A stretch of DNA of 64,000 nucleotides from Rebecca billardiae RCC1528 (taxonomy: Eukaryota; Protista; Haptophyta): positions 186,001 through 250,000 of the forward strand of contig OZ251226.1 in the NCBI GenBank assembly GCA_965240325.2, in the 5' to 3' direction. The translations under genes and the position numbers were made by a program. Of this stretch, positions 21,976-33,880 are shown in pieces (the stretch's first letter is position 1; each line of letters opens with the position of its first letter). The notes below the pieces were generated by a model, which searched no databases, had not been told where the DNA came from, and saw only the letters and a list, made by a program, of their open reading frames with translations.

Positions 21976-22654
21976 TGTTGAGCTGACGCAGCCTGGGGCG
22001 CGCATCTCAGCAGATGGCGTCGCCGCTGGGACGTCAGGGCCGGCGCCGCACCAGGCGGGCCGGCGGCATCAGCTACGCAGTGGCTGGCTCTGGCGGCGCG
22101 CGCGCGCGGCGCGCGCGGCGGCAGGAGCGCGAGCGCAGCAGCGCTGGCGCGGAGCGACACGGACGCGGCGCGTGCGCGGGCGGTACGGCCCGGCGCAGCG
22201 CGGCACGGATGGCACGCCGGCGGCACAGGCGGGCGCCATCGTGGAAGAGTCCAAGGAACAACGGACTCGATCACTTCATTCATGGACGCCCGGATTCTCA
22301 GTTTTGAGAATCGAGAATCCGGGATCATGGGTCCGTGCGCAGCTTACCCAGGTCCGATGACATTACCGAGTACCTGGGGGAAAGATGAGCTTACGGCGGT
22401 GCGTCGGTAACGCCTGCGATTGGCGGACGCACGGAAGCGGGGCTCAGGAAGGTTACAAGATTCCCGAGCCGGGCCGCAAAACGCCGTGTCACCCTGCGCA
22501 ACCGAAAGTTGGTTGCGGCAGGAGGATTAGCTTCGCTCGTCAGAGGAGCGAGGGTCGAGATTGCCTTCGTGGGCGTCACCGACGACGCGCCCGAGGACGT
22601 GCCGGTGAGCTCTTAGCAGGGCTCGAGACGCTCGGAGCTCGCGTTTACCCAATA
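21976..22654 (+). repeat. 3' LTR
   Basis: Direct repeat of 15362-16040, followed by the TSD GACGA. Confidence 0.95.
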
Positions 22655-22822
22655 GACGATGATATATATATTGATTCGGACTGCGCTAAGTGCTAGTAGT
22701 CCGACTAGTGGACCACCCCTTTCATTCCTGCTATGAGTGGACCGTCTGACCGACTCCGTATGTCTCTCTAGCTCTCTCTCGAGATCTCACTCTCTCTCTT
22801 ATTATATTAATAACGACGTGAT

Positions 22823-22824
<2 letters not shown>

Positions 22825-22868
<44 letters not shown>

Positions 22869-23063
22869 CATATATATATATGTATGTATATATATACGCC
22901 CGCTGCGGCGACGCGGCGTTCGATGTCGTCGCACTCGCACAGTGCTTTTTAGTTAAGCTACACGAGTCATCGAAGCTCATATATGCATGATGCACTGCTA
23001 CTTAGCTACACGGCACACCGATCTGATTTGGCCGTGGCCCGTGCGGCGCGTAGACTGCGTAGC

Positions 23064-23098
<35 letters not shown>
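22825..23098. repeat. (TA)n and (GA)n microsatellites
   Basis: Visible tracts at about 22825-22896 and 23066-23098. Confidence 0.95.
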
Positions 23099-23101
<3 letters not shown>

Positions 23102-23546
23102 ATTTTCATCTGCTATCTATATTCTATCTATAGTTCAGCATCAGTGTCGTCCCGGATCAGCATCTCACATCTGCATGCTGACTCGGAGTGACGATCGACT
23201 GCTGTATAATTAATGTTGATGCGCGCGCCGTGAGTGACTAGCAGCACGCGCAGTAGTGGCCAGTCGCGCACTGCGCGTCGACTGGGCCTGGCCCTGGGCC
23301 TGGCCGGACGTTCACAACGACAATCCGGTGTAGCCCGCGCGAGTCATCGTGGCGGCGGTACTTCCGACTCAGCCAGGTACCTACTACATCAGTCGTACTG
23401 ACGATGCTCGTTATATATAATAATATATAGTCGTATCATAATATATATAATAATGCTTTTAATACTCAGGAGATCGACGAGTCTGAGTCAGTCCTGATGA
23501 GTGAGTGATGAGGCGGCCCGAGGCGCGGAGCCGGGGCGCACGAGGG

Positions 23547-24689
23547 CTAGAGCCCCCGCGCGCGCAGCGGCGCAGCCGCGCTGCCGAGTGCGACGAGCTG
23601 CCGCTCGAAGAGCCGCTTGGCCGCGTCGTACAGCTTGAGGTCCGTCTCGAGGTGCGCGAGCACCTCCGGGTCTGCCCGCGCCGCCTCGACATCCGCGGCC
23701 TCGCGCGCACGCTTGGCGAGGGTGGTCGCGCTCGCGGGCTGCATCACCTGGCGCCACGAGCTGACGGCGGGCCTGCGCGCGAGCGCGCGCGCGGTGCGCA
23801 CGCTCGGCGGCGCGACGAGCGGCACGTGCGCGTCGAACAGCCGCGCCGACTCCTCCCACCGCTCGAGAAGGCCGACAGTGACGAAGCGCGTGCCGTTCTC
23901 GATGGAGTGCACGAGCTCCTTCACGAGGATGCGCGCCTCGGGCGTCGACTTGCCGTCGGCGGCGTCGCCGAGCGCGTCGCGCAGCTCGGTCCACGACTTG
24001 GGGTAGCGGCACTCCCTCGCGCCGCCGCCGCGCGCGCGCCTCGTCGGCGCGATCGACGGCAGCAGCGGCGCGGTCGCGTTCGGCCGGCAGCGCAGCCCGA
24101 CGCGCTCGAACAGTCGCATGTCGTACAGCAGCTGCCGGTAGAAGTACGAGCCGTAGTGCGCCGCCCACTGGCGCAGCGTCGCGCTGGTCTCGTCGACCGG
24201 CCGCGCGGAGAAGGCGCCCTCGCCCGCGTTCAGCCCGCACAGCGGGATCCACGCCTTGGGCTTGCGGTTGCGGCAGTGGTGCAGCGCGGACACCATCCGC
24301 TCGACCGGCTCTCGGAACATGGTAAACCAGCGGCAGCCGCGGCGGAGCGTGGGGCTGCGCTCGCCCGAGTTGAGCGCGGTCGCCATGTCGCCCCAGTAGA
24401 AGTCGGCGTCCTCGTAGTGCTTCCAGCCCGTGCACTGCTTCCGGTTCATGTACGTGAGCTGCCAGCAGTGGTGATGGTGCCGCCGCTCGCCCTGCATCAG
24501 CCCACGGCCCCATACCACGAGGCCGGCGCTGCGCGGCTGGTGGATGAACGCGAGACAGGGGAGCGCCGACGGCGGCGGCCGGGCGAGCACGTGCTCAGGC
24601 AGCGCCAGGAGCGCGACGAACACCGTCAGAAGGCGTCGGGGAGTGCCGCGAGAGCGCTCAAGACGCAGGTCCGCCATCGTCATCGTCAT
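23547..24689 (-). CDS. Membrane-anchored/secreted sulfotransferase-family protein (Sulfotransfer_2/Gal-3-O-ST-like); intronless
   Basis: AFIHQPRSAG (5'-PSB), WFTMFREPVERMVSALHH (3'-PB), VGLLERWEESARLF, DLKLYDAAKRLF, and an N-terminal hydrophobic segment LLTVFVALLAL. Confidence 0.8.
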   Translation of the reverse strand: MTMTMADLRLERSRGTPRRLLTVFVALLALPEHVLARPPPSALPCLAFIHQPRSAGLVVWGRGLMQGERRHHHHCWQLTYMNRKQCTGWKHYEDADFYWGDMATALNSGERSPTLRRGCRWFTMFREPVERMVSALHHCRNRKPKAWIPLCGLNAGEGAFSARPVDETSATLRQWAAHYGSYFYRQLLYDMRLFERVGLRCRPNATAPLLPSIAPTRRARGGGARECRYPKSWTELRDALGDAADGKSTPEARILVKELVHSIENGTRFVTVGLLERWEESARLFDAHVPLVAPPSVRTARALARRPAVSSWRQVMQPASATTLAKRAREAADVEAARADPEVLAHLETDLKLYDAAKRLFERQLVALGSAAAPLRARGL

Positions 24690-24727
24690 CCCTGCACACA
24701 AAAAGCTTGCAGGGCGCCGCGAGGATC

Positions 24728-25972
24728 ATGGCGGCCCGCGATGGAAACGGCCGTCGAGGACGGCCGCCTCAACAGCCTCAACACGACGACTGGTCGGGAC
24801 CGAGCGACGCGGCGATCCGCTTAGCCGTCGGCTTCGCCATCGAGCGTGCCCTGCGCGGTCAGGTGATCAGCGTCCTCGCGCCTGGCCTCGACGTGCTGGC
24901 TGGTGACCGCCGCTGGCGCGCATGCGTGGCCGGCACGGCGCAGCGCGCGGGCGTGCGCGTCGACTACTGCCTGGCGCCATCCGCCGAGGGCAAGATTGCC
25001 ACGCTCTACTTGCCTTCTCACGCGCATGCAAGCGCCGCCGCGGGCGTCGACAACGTCGCACGACTCGTCGTGAGCGCCCGGCACGGGATTGTCGAAGCAG
25101 TTGCAGCGTGTCTCGACAGCGGCATCGCGCCGGGCGCGCCCAGCGCCGAGGGCGTGACCGCGCTGCACGCGGCGGCACGCGGCGGGCACGTGCGCGTGCT
25201 GCGGCTGCTTCTCGAGCGCGGCGCCGACCCGTGCACCGAGCTCGACCGGAACGGCGCGACCGCGCTCTGCCGCGCGGCCAGACACGGGCACGCGCGCGCG
25301 GCAGCCATGCTGCTGGACAGCGGCGCTCAGCTGGATGCGCAGACGGCGCACGGCATGAGCGCGCTGATGCTCGCCGCGCGTGCCGGGCACGAGGGCACGG
25401 TCGCGCTCCTCTGCGCGCGCGGCGCGGACCTCAGCGCCGTGTCGCACGACGGCTGCAGCGCGCTCGACCACGCGCAGCGCGAGGGGCACGCGCGCGCCGC
25501 GGCTGCGCTGGTGCGCGTGGGCGCGAGGCGAGCCGACCCTCGGCGCGCGCGCGCCGACATGGCGGGGGCGTGGTGGTTCGAGCGGCTGGCTGGCTTCCAG
25601 CACGCGGCGCTAGACGCGCCTAGACGCCGCATCGAGCCCAGGGCGGCGGAGCCGCGCCGCGCAGCGCGCGCCGCCGCGGCGCTCATCGCGGGCGCGCCGA
25701 ACGGCACCGTCGTCGCGCAGCGCGCGCTCGTGGACCCAGCGATGCGCGAGAACGCGATGCCGCACGATGGCGGCCCATGGCGGACCCGCGCGGTGGTAGA
25801 TGCGGTGCGCAGCGAGGAGGCCGGCGCACGGGTCGCGCTCGCACGCGAGCACGCCACGCTCCGCCAGTGGGCGCGCTTTGAGCGCGAGCGCGATGCTGAC
25901 GAGGCTGCGATGGCCGTGGGCGGCCCACTGCCGTACCGCAGGCGCGCGCTCCCGCTGCCGGGGGCCACCTGA
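24728..25972 (+). CDS. Ankyrin-repeat protein
   Basis: GVTALHAAARGGHVRVLRLLLERGAD, GATALCRAARHGH, GMSALMLAARAGH, GCSALDHAQREGH. Confidence 0.85.
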   Translation: MAARDGNGRRGRPPQQPQHDDWSGPSDAAIRLAVGFAIERALRGQVISVLAPGLDVLAGDRRWRACVAGTAQRAGVRVDYCLAPSAEGKIATLYLPSHAHASAAAGVDNVARLVVSARHGIVEAVAACLDSGIAPGAPSAEGVTALHAAARGGHVRVLRLLLERGADPCTELDRNGATALCRAARHGHARAAAMLLDSGAQLDAQTAHGMSALMLAARAGHEGTVALLCARGADLSAVSHDGCSALDHAQREGHARAAAALVRVGARRADPRRARADMAGAWWFERLAGFQHAALDAPRRRIEPRAAEPRRAARAAAALIAGAPNGTVVAQRALVDPAMRENAMPHDGGPWRTRAVVDAVRSEEAGARVALAREHATLRQWARFERERDADEAAMAVGGPLPYRRRALPLPGAT

Positions 25973-26247
25973 CTGCTGAGTAGAATCCGCCATAGCATTG
26001 CTTCGATGATGATGCCCTCGTGCAGCCTGGGGTGCACCGCTACATCACCGCCGCGCAGCACCGGAGGCACCACCCCGCGAGCACAGGCCAGCTCCGAGAT
26101 GCCTGCCCTTCCCGCGCGCCCCCGGGTGGCGGTGGCGGTCCGCCACCTTTCCTGAAGACGGTCGTTTCACGTTTCTGCGCTGACGAACTGTTTCCATTTC
26201 GCGTGCTGCTTGGGAGCCTCAGGGCGCGCTGTTACTTCGGGGGCAGC

Positions 26248-26840
26248 ATGGAAGCGGGGGTGCACGACGCATCCACGCCGGCGCCCGCGACGATCCCGTC
26301 GCTGATCCGCTCGGACTGCGGCGCGGACGCGGCGGCGCTGCACCTGATCCATGTGCAGGCCATCTCGCGCCACTTCCGCGGCTTCACCGACGAGGAGGTC
26401 GAGGCGATGCTCGACTGCTTTGCGCTGGTCGCGTGCTCGGCGGACGAGGTCATCTTCGAGGAGGGCGAGCCGTTCACGTGGGCGGGCGTGGTCGTCTCGG
26501 GCCGGCTGGCCGAGGACGGCTCGTCGCTCACGTACGCGCCGGGCGACATCGTGGGCGAGGCCTCGCTCTTCACCACGCGCGTGTGCGAGGCGAACGTGCT
26601 CGCGGCCGAGGCCGGCGTGATCGCGTGCACGACGCTCGCGCAGATCAACGCGCTGGCGTGGGCGCGGCCCGAGCTCGCGCTGCGCGTGGTGAAGTGCTTC
26701 GCCTCCGCCGCCACGTTCCGCGCCCTCCGCCCGCCGCAGCCCGCACCGCAGCCCGCCGCGGCCGCGTCGGCCGCCGCGGGCGGCGCGTCGGCCGAAGCGG
26801 CCGCCGCCATCTCCTCCTCCTCCGAGGAGGAGCAGAAGGA

Positions 26841-26884
<44 letters not shown>

Positions 26885-29800
26885 GCGAGCGGCACGCGCT
26901 CCTCCTCCGCGAGTGGTCCAAGGCGATGGTCGACGAGATGGGCTGGGAGGACGCCGACGCGCGCGAGCTCGCCTCTCTCCTCTCGCTCAGCCGGCACGAA
27001 TATTCCGAGAGGCTGGAGCGCGCGGGCAAGCCGCGCGACGAGCTGGGGCTGGTGCTGCGCGGCGCGCTGATGATCGAGTCGCACCTGGGCGAGCTGATCG
27101 TCGCGCCCGGCGGCTACTTTGGCCACCTCGGCTGGGGCCTCGCGCCCGAGGGCGCGCACGTGCGCGTCGCGTCTGACGAGGCGGTCGTGGCGCGCGCGCC
27201 GCGCGCCGTGCTGGACGACCTGCTGTGCCGCCGGCCGGGGCTGCTCACGCTGCTCGCGGCGGACGTGGTGCGGCACACGCTGGTGGGCGCGCAGGCGGTG
27301 CGCGACGGCGTCGGCCCGGACAAGGCGATCGCCATGGCGCAGTCCAACCCGCCGCCCGTCGTGCTCGCCGCCGAGCGCGCGCACGGGCTGGCGGTTGGCG
27401 CGCCCACCAAGCCCGACCCAATGCCCTACTATCAGGCGCCCATCCCGGGGCGGCACATGGGCGTCGGCGCGTCGGGCGAGCCGAGCGGCGTGGGCGCCGA
27501 GCCGGACATCGCCGCCGAGCTCGTGCACGCGCCCGCCCTCTCGCACGCGTCCAACCCTGAGCAGTGGGGCATCTTTCTCTCGAGGCGGATGCAGCGGCGA
27601 GGCTCGGTGCACGGCGGCGGCGGCGGCGGCGGCGCGGGCGCGGGCGGCGGCGGCTCGCGGCGGCAGAGCGCGCAGCTGCTGCCCGGCTTCGAGCGCGACA
27701 CGCCGATGCTCACGCCCACGCCGCGCCACTCCGCCACCACGCCGCCGCCCGGCTCGCGCCGCGCCCTCGACGCGGGCCCGCGCTCGCCCTCCGCCGCCTC
27801 GCTCCGCTCGCCGATGGGCTCGGCGCGCGGCGCCGGCCTGCGCTCGTCCGGCAACTGGCGAGCGCGGCAGCCGACGGAGGGCCGGCTGGGCGTGCCGAAG
27901 GGCGGCGCGACGGACGAGTCGTCGGAGGACGCGCACGACGAGCCCGAGCAGCACGATGACACCTCCTCCGCCGGCGCGCACTCCCCGCGCACCTCGGAGC
28001 CCGGCTCGGGCGAGGCGGAGCGCCGGTACCGGCCGCGCACGCTTTCCAAGGGGCCGGGCACCTTTGGCGCGGGCAGCACCCGGCGCAGCCTCGGGCGCGA
28101 GCCGCCGGTGTCGGAGGAGGAGGGCGCGGCGGCGAACGACGTGCGCGTGCGCCAGTGGAAGCAGATGCATGCCGCGATGGAACGCCGCGCCGCCGCGGCC
28201 GCGACCAAGCGGCGCGAGCTGGACGACGAGCTGGGCGGCGCGCAGGCCAAGATTGGCGCTCTCGAGAGCCAGCTCGCGCGGCTGCGCGCGCAGCACGGCG
28301 CGCTCGCGGCGGAGCGCGACGCGTACAAGGCGGGGCTCGCGCGCGCGCGCGCCGGCGCCGGCGCGGACGACGGCGCCGCGCCGCCCGACGCGCCTCCGCC
28401 GCTCGCGCACGCCGGCAGCGGCGGCGGCGGCGGCTCGGATGGCGCCGTGAGCGGCACGCAGGGCGCGCGCGCGGCCGCGCGCGCGGCCGAAGCGGCGGAG
28501 GCGGCGGAGGCGGGCGACGTGCAGCCGGAAAAGGCGAGCCCCGAGGTCGAGGCGGTGCGCACCGCGTTCAGCGCCCTCCTCGCCGACGCGTACGCCGCCG
28601 CCGACGCCGCGCTCGCCGAGCTCGAGCGCTCGCGCGCCTCCGAGGCCAAGGCGCGCCTGGGCGCGGCCGAGCAGCAGCGGCAGACTGTCGAGTATGCGCG
28701 CGCGACGGCGTACCTGCACGTGCACGCGCGGCGGCAGCTGGTGGCGGAGGCGGCGGCGCGCGTCGAGACGTACAACGAGCTGCACGAGGCGCGCACGGAG
28801 ATCGTCCGGCGCGGCGTCGAGTCCGAGACGCTCTCGGAGCACCTGCGGCGCGCGCGCGAGGAGCGCGGCATCCTCGAGAAGCGACACCTCACGCTCACGC
28901 GCCGCTACCTCGAGCTCGAGACGGACTTCGACATGGCGGTGGAGACGCACACGAAGAAGGCACGGCTCAAGTCGGAGGCCGCAGTGGCGGCGGTCGAGTG
29001 GGATGTCTTCGACAAGAAGCGCCGCCGCCGCCGCAACCGGCGCGGCTCGGCCAGCGCCCAGCCGGAGCACGAGGGCGGGGCGGACGAGGCGGACGAGGAC
29101 GAGGACGTGGAGGGGGGCGGGCAGGGGACGATCGAGGCGGCGCTGGCGGACGCGTCTGCGAGCCTGGTGCGCGAGGGGCACGACGGGAGCCACCTGCAGC
29201 CGCCGATCAGAGTGACGGGCCCCGACGAGGACCGGCATGGCGACCACGAGCCCGAGCCGCTGCGGCCGCCCGGCCACGAGCCTCCCGTCACGGCGGCGGC
29301 GCTGCTGCCGGCAGCTCAGCACGGGGCGCAGCCGGCGGCGGAGGCGGGCGGCGCGGCGGCGACGGCGGCGGTGGGAGGCGCGCACGCGCCGACGGATGCG
29401 CCGGGGCAGCAGCCGGCGCAGGAGGCGCAGGATGGCGCCGCCGCCGCCGCCGCCGCGCTCCCAGCGGCGGTGGCCGTCGACGGAGCCGCCGCGCCCGCGG
29501 CCGGGCAGCAGCCGCCGCCGCAGCCGCAGCCGCCGGCGGTGCCGCCGGCGGTGCCGCCGGCGCTCGAGGCGGCGAGCGCCGCTGAGCTCTTTGCCAACGC
29601 GCGCGGCGCGCTGGGCGCCGAGGCCGCAGGGTACGTGGCCGCGGCGGCCGCGGCGGCGACGCAGAGCGCGGGAGCGGCGGCGGCGGCGGCTGCCGCGGCG
29701 AGCGCCCCCCAGCCGCCGGCCGTGACGCCCCCTGGTGCGGCGGCTGCGCCGGGCGCGCAGGCGCCGCTCTCCCCACCGAGCGCGCTGCTCGGTGGCCCGT

Positions 29801-30227
29801 CCATGCCGCTGCCGACGGCGGCTGACGCGGGCGGCCCGGCGGCGCGCGCCGCAGGGCCAGTCTCCCTCTCCGCTCTGGACGGCGTGGTCGCGCCACCGCC
29901 TCCCGCGCTGCCGGCGCCGGCGCAGCCCGCGCCGGCGGGGCAGCAGCCTGCGCGGCCGTCCGCGGTGGCGCTTGGCGATGGAGGAGCGGTGGCGGCTGCG
30001 GGCGCGCAGCCGGGGTCGGCGGCGCAGGGCGGCGCGGGGGCTGCGCCGCCCGCGGTGCCTGTTGTGCCGAGCCCCGGCGCAGCCGCGGCGCCACAGCCGC
30101 AGCTGCCAGGCCCGGGGCCGGCAGAAGGGCCGGCGGCCGCACCGAGCGCGCAGCAGCGGCAGCTGCAGCAGCAGCAGCTGCTGCTGCAGCAGCAGCTGGA
30201 GCAGCTGCAGCAGCAGCAGCAGGTGCT

Positions 30228-30263
<36 letters not shown>

Positions 30264-31774
30264 GCGGCCGAGCTCGCCGGTGAGCTTCGCGTCGGTGCCA
30301 GGCGCAGCGCAGCCCGCTTCGGAGTCGGCGCTGGCCGCGCCGCCACCGCCGCACCCAGGGCTCAGCACGCCCGCCGCGCCGCTCGGCCTGGGCGAGGCCG
30401 CGCCGCTGGCCGCCGCCACTACGCCGCGCCGCCCCGGCACCTCACCCGCGCAGCCGCGGCGCCCGCTGCAGATTGACGCGCGCGCGTCGACGCCGCCCGC
30501 GCCCGGCGCGCCGCCCGGCGCGGACAAGCCCGCCGCCGGGCCGCAGCTCGCCGGCGACATCACAGGCCAGCTGCTCGAGAAGGCGGCGCGCGGCGAAGGC
30601 CTCTCGAGCCGCGTGCTCGTCGGCGCGGCCGCCGAGCTCGGCTCGGGCGGCGACGTGCTCGTCAAGGGGTCCAAGGCGTGGGAGGCGGCGACCGCCGAGC
30701 TGCGCACGCTGGTCACCTACTCGGACCGCTCGCTGTGGGTGCGTGCGCGCGAGAGGCCCCGCAGCCCTGACTCCGTGCGCACGCGCCGCGCGGCCGCCGC
30801 CCCGCCTCACGCAGCGCACCCGCCATGCGCCCGCCCCGGTGCTTCACCCGCCCGCGCGCGCGCGCGCACGGCAGGCGCTCTCTGGGCAGTACGACGAGGC
30901 GATGGTGATGGTGGAGAAGCTGCAGGGCCAGCTGAGCGCCAAGGAGGCGGAGCTGCGCGCCGCGAGGCGCGACGCCGAGCTCTCCGGCCGCACCATCCTC
31001 GCGATGACCTCGAGACTCGAGAGGGCCGAGGCGACCACCACGCGCGCGGCCATGCACCTGGACGCGCTCGCGGACGAGACCGACTCGTATGCGGAGCGGA
31101 TCGAGGCCGAGTACAGGCGCGGCGCGGGGCTCGCCGGCGCGTCCGAGCGCGAGGTGCACACGCACCTCGAGGCGCAGCGCGAGCTGCACAACACGCTCTC
31201 CAGGGTGGCGGACGTGCTGCGCGGCGCGCCGCGCCTCGTCGACCCGCGCGCGGCCAAGGAGAAGGCGGCCGCGCGAGCGGCGGCCTCGGGCGGCGCGGGC
31301 GCGGCGGCGTTCGCGTTCACGCGGCGCGACTCTTGGCTCGACGCGCGCACCGCGGTCGCGAGCGCCGACCAGGGCACCGAGTGGGAGGACGAGCTCGAGC
31401 GCGCGCGCGCCGAGATGCTCGGGCTCATCCCCGCGCCTCGCTCGCGGCCCGCCTCGCGCGACGGCGTGCTCACGACGCAAGGCTCGGGCTCGCGGCCGAT
31501 GACGACGGAAGAGGCGCAGCGCCCCGGCTCCAAGCCGCAGCTGCCGCCACAAGTCGGCCGCGAGCCGAGCGCGGCGACAGGCACGCCCGAGGGCGCGCCC
31601 CGCGTCATCGACGCCGCGCGCGTGCGCGCGACGACGGGCGGGTCGCCACAACACAGCACGCGCCCGCGAGGCGCTCCTCTGCAGCGTGCGCCCAAGAAGC
31701 TCGGCGGCGTCTCGAGCGTCGGGCGGCGCGGGCCCGTACACCTGCCCGCGATGGCCGCCGCTGGGCGGCGATGA
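26248..31774 (+). CDS. Large protein with N-terminal cyclic-nucleotide-binding-like domain(s), coiled coils, Pro/Ala-rich and poly-Q tracts; 2 exons
   Basis: HFRGFTDEEVEAML...DEVIFEEGEP...VVVSGRL...PGDIVGEASLF...RVCEANVLA, plus a second degenerate unit (LVLRGAL...APGGYFGHLG). A GT-AG intron at 30739-30874 joins in frame (SLW|ALSGQY). Confidence 0.7.
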
Positions 31775-32430
31775 AGTCGCATCTGCTCATCAGCATCTCG
31801 TCGCGATCATATCTAAGGCAGTGTCGTAGTCGTAAGGTAGTCATGGATCCACTGTCACTGACCGGACTGCTGTCCACGGTGGCTGAGTCTCAGTCGGACT
31901 CACTGCCGAGTCTGCCTCGGGCGGACTGTCGACTCACTGCATCGGACTCATTGACGGTCCCCTCGGCGGCGGCCCTCGGACGACTCGCGATTCGCATCGC
32001 GCGCCGCTACTCATCGCCGAAGTCATCGCGGGGCCGTTCGCGGCCAGCCGACGACAACGTCACAACGTAGTCGATTGGCCGCGAGTCGCGACGACGGACG
32101 ACGTCACGACGTGAGTGATGACGACTCGTCATCATATATCAAATTCAATAATGATGGCGCGCCCTGATCGCTCTCCGGGGGCTCGGCGGATGGCCATTCC
32201 GCGGGATGAGTCGTATCACGTACGACATGCTGCCAATCTGCCATGCTGCTGATGACGACGGCGACAGCAATAATGCGCGCGCCGCCAGCTGCTGTCGCAG
32301 ACAATGATGATGTGAATGTCGTCGATCGGATGACGGATTGACGACTGCTCTAGCCTAGAGTCTACTGAGTCTAGCTATAAGCTAGAGCGCTATGATACTG
32401 CTGCTCGTCGTAACGCGAGAGAGACGCGGC

Positions 32431-33768
32431 TCACACGGGCGCTCGGGTCGCCAGCTCGTCGCCGGTGCTGCACAACTCGTCCTCCCTGATGCCCATGCGG
32501 CGCATGGTGGCAACGATCGACCCTGCGCTCTCGGCGGATGGCCCGCCGGCGCGCGGCGGTGGCAGCGCCCTGATCGCACTGAGGCAATCGTCGCGCCCCT
32601 GCCGCGTCACAACGCTGTGGCCGAGACGGTCGACGTGCGTCACGCCCGCACCCAGGTCGCACACGGTCACGTTGTGGATCATCAGCCAGTGCAGGAAGTG
32701 GTGCTCCGTCCAGAAGTGCCCGTCCCGCCACTGCCTCGCGCCCGCCCTGCCCTTGTAGGCTTCGTGCACGCGCACTGCCGGCTGGTGCGCCCGCGGCGCG
32801 AGCGGGTCGAGCCACTCCCACCCGGCAGCGAGCGCGCGCAGCAGGTTCTGGCACATGCCGCGGCGCGCGTCGAGGAGCCCCGCCGGGTGCACGCCCGGCG
32901 TGCTCACGTACGCGTCGTCGCCGCCCATCTCCGGCACCCACAGGTGCGCGAACTTGGAGTAGTACTTAATCCGCTCTGTGAACAATCCCAGTGGCTGCGC
33001 AAGGAGCGAGCTGAGGTGCGCTCGCACGGCGATCGGCTTCTCGGCGTCACGCGGGCGGCGGAGGGCGGCCGTGGCGCCAGCCTTGGCCTCGTAGTACACG
33101 TGCCGGCCGTAGAGGCCGCACGCGATCTCCATCACGTCGCGCCGGCCCCAGAAGACCATGTCGGTCATCACGTGCAGCATGCGCGGCGCGGCTGCGTGCA
33201 GTCCGTCCCGCTCCGAGCACAGCTGCCAGCGGGGCGCGGCGAGGATGTCGAAGCGCAGCTTGAGCACGGCGTCGAACTGGGCGCCGGCGCGCGACTCCTC
33301 AGCCACCATCAGCCGCCAGCCCTCCTGCACCTTGTACCACTGGTGCAGCGCCTTGGAATTGCCGTAATTCCGCCCATGCTGCAGCAGCTGCTTTGCAACC
33401 GGCGGCCGCCCGCTGCCCGCGTCGAGCGTGGACGCGGGCGAGGCGCCCGGAGGCAGCTTGCGCGTCACGACGCCTATGCCACGCACACGCGGGCCGACGA
33501 TCCGAAGCAGCGCATCGTCCATTGCGCGATGACAACTCGCATCGGAGCACGACGACGCTCCAGTTCCGCCGCCAGCCATGTCGCAGCACCGTCCCACCTC
33601 GTACACGGCGAAGACGTCCGCGTTGGTCGGCTCCAGCGTCGTGTTGGCAAGCTTTGACAGGTGCCCGGCGAAGTCGTCGGCCACGCGCGGCATTCCGCGA
33701 TCGCCGTCCAGGTGCACCAGCCCCACAACAATGGCCGCCACACGCGTGGGCCGGGTGCAAGGCGCCAT
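32431..33768 (-). CDS. Uncharacterized protein with a 'FDxVLKxRxD' motif (possibly glycosyltransferase-like); intronless
   Basis: Long ORF with host-like codon use: HQWYKVQEGWRLMVAEE...QFDAVLKLRFD...TDMVFWGRRDVM...TEHHFLHWL. The function is an inference. Confidence 0.6.
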   Translation of the reverse strand: MAPCTRPTRVAAIVVGLVHLDGDRGMPRVADDFAGHLSKLANTTLEPTNADVFAVYEVGRCCDMAGGGTGASSCSDASCHRAMDDALLRIVGPRVRGIGVVTRKLPPGASPASTLDAGSGRPPVAKQLLQHGRNYGNSKALHQWYKVQEGWRLMVAEESRAGAQFDAVLKLRFDILAAPRWQLCSERDGLHAAAPRMLHVMTDMVFWGRRDVMEIACGLYGRHVYYEAKAGATAALRRPRDAEKPIAVRAHLSSLLAQPLGLFTERIKYYSKFAHLWVPEMGGDDAYVSTPGVHPAGLLDARRGMCQNLLRALAAGWEWLDPLAPRAHQPAVRVHEAYKGRAGARQWRDGHFWTEHHFLHWLMIHNVTVCDLGAGVTHVDRLGHSVVTRQGRDDCLSAIRALPPPRAGGPSAESAGSIVATMRRMGIREDELCSTGDELATRAPV

Positions 33769-33832
33769 CGCAGCCCGATTCGTCACCGTGAAAGGAGGAG
33801 GTGACCAAGATTCGGCATCAATTACTCGCTAT

Positions 33833-33880
33833 CTCGCCTGCCTGAGCTGTGTGCGTCTCTTATTCTTAGTAAACTGTATG
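33833..33880 (+). repeat. Dispersed repeat family A copy ending tagtaaactgtatg
   Basis: Identical to 8273-8309 over 37 bp. Shares its terminal 14-mer with family B (35166-35179). Confidence 0.85.

Larger units (their letters stand above)
15362..22654 (+). mobile_element. Full-length Ty1/copia LTR retrotransposon (7293 bp), very recent insertion
   Basis: Two 679-bp LTRs (offset 6614; the ORF-track translations within them are identical). 5-bp TSD GACGA at 15357-15361 and 22655-22659. PPT before the 3' LTR. Domain order Gag-PR-IN-RT-RH. Confidence 0.97.

Noticed and set aside
26167-30354. Very long antisense or alternate-frame ORFs (also 37328-41428, 39000-41789, 3666-6191, 48793-51144)
   Set aside because: These are Arg/Ala/Pro-rich shadows expected at this GC content, with no domains, lying opposite or overlapping better-supported genes.
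1-33768. Sulfated-glycan biosynthetic gene cluster (two sulfotransferases plus a GT-like gene)
   Set aside because: The genes are 8-23 kb apart and interspersed with unrelated housekeeping genes, and such families are large in algae.
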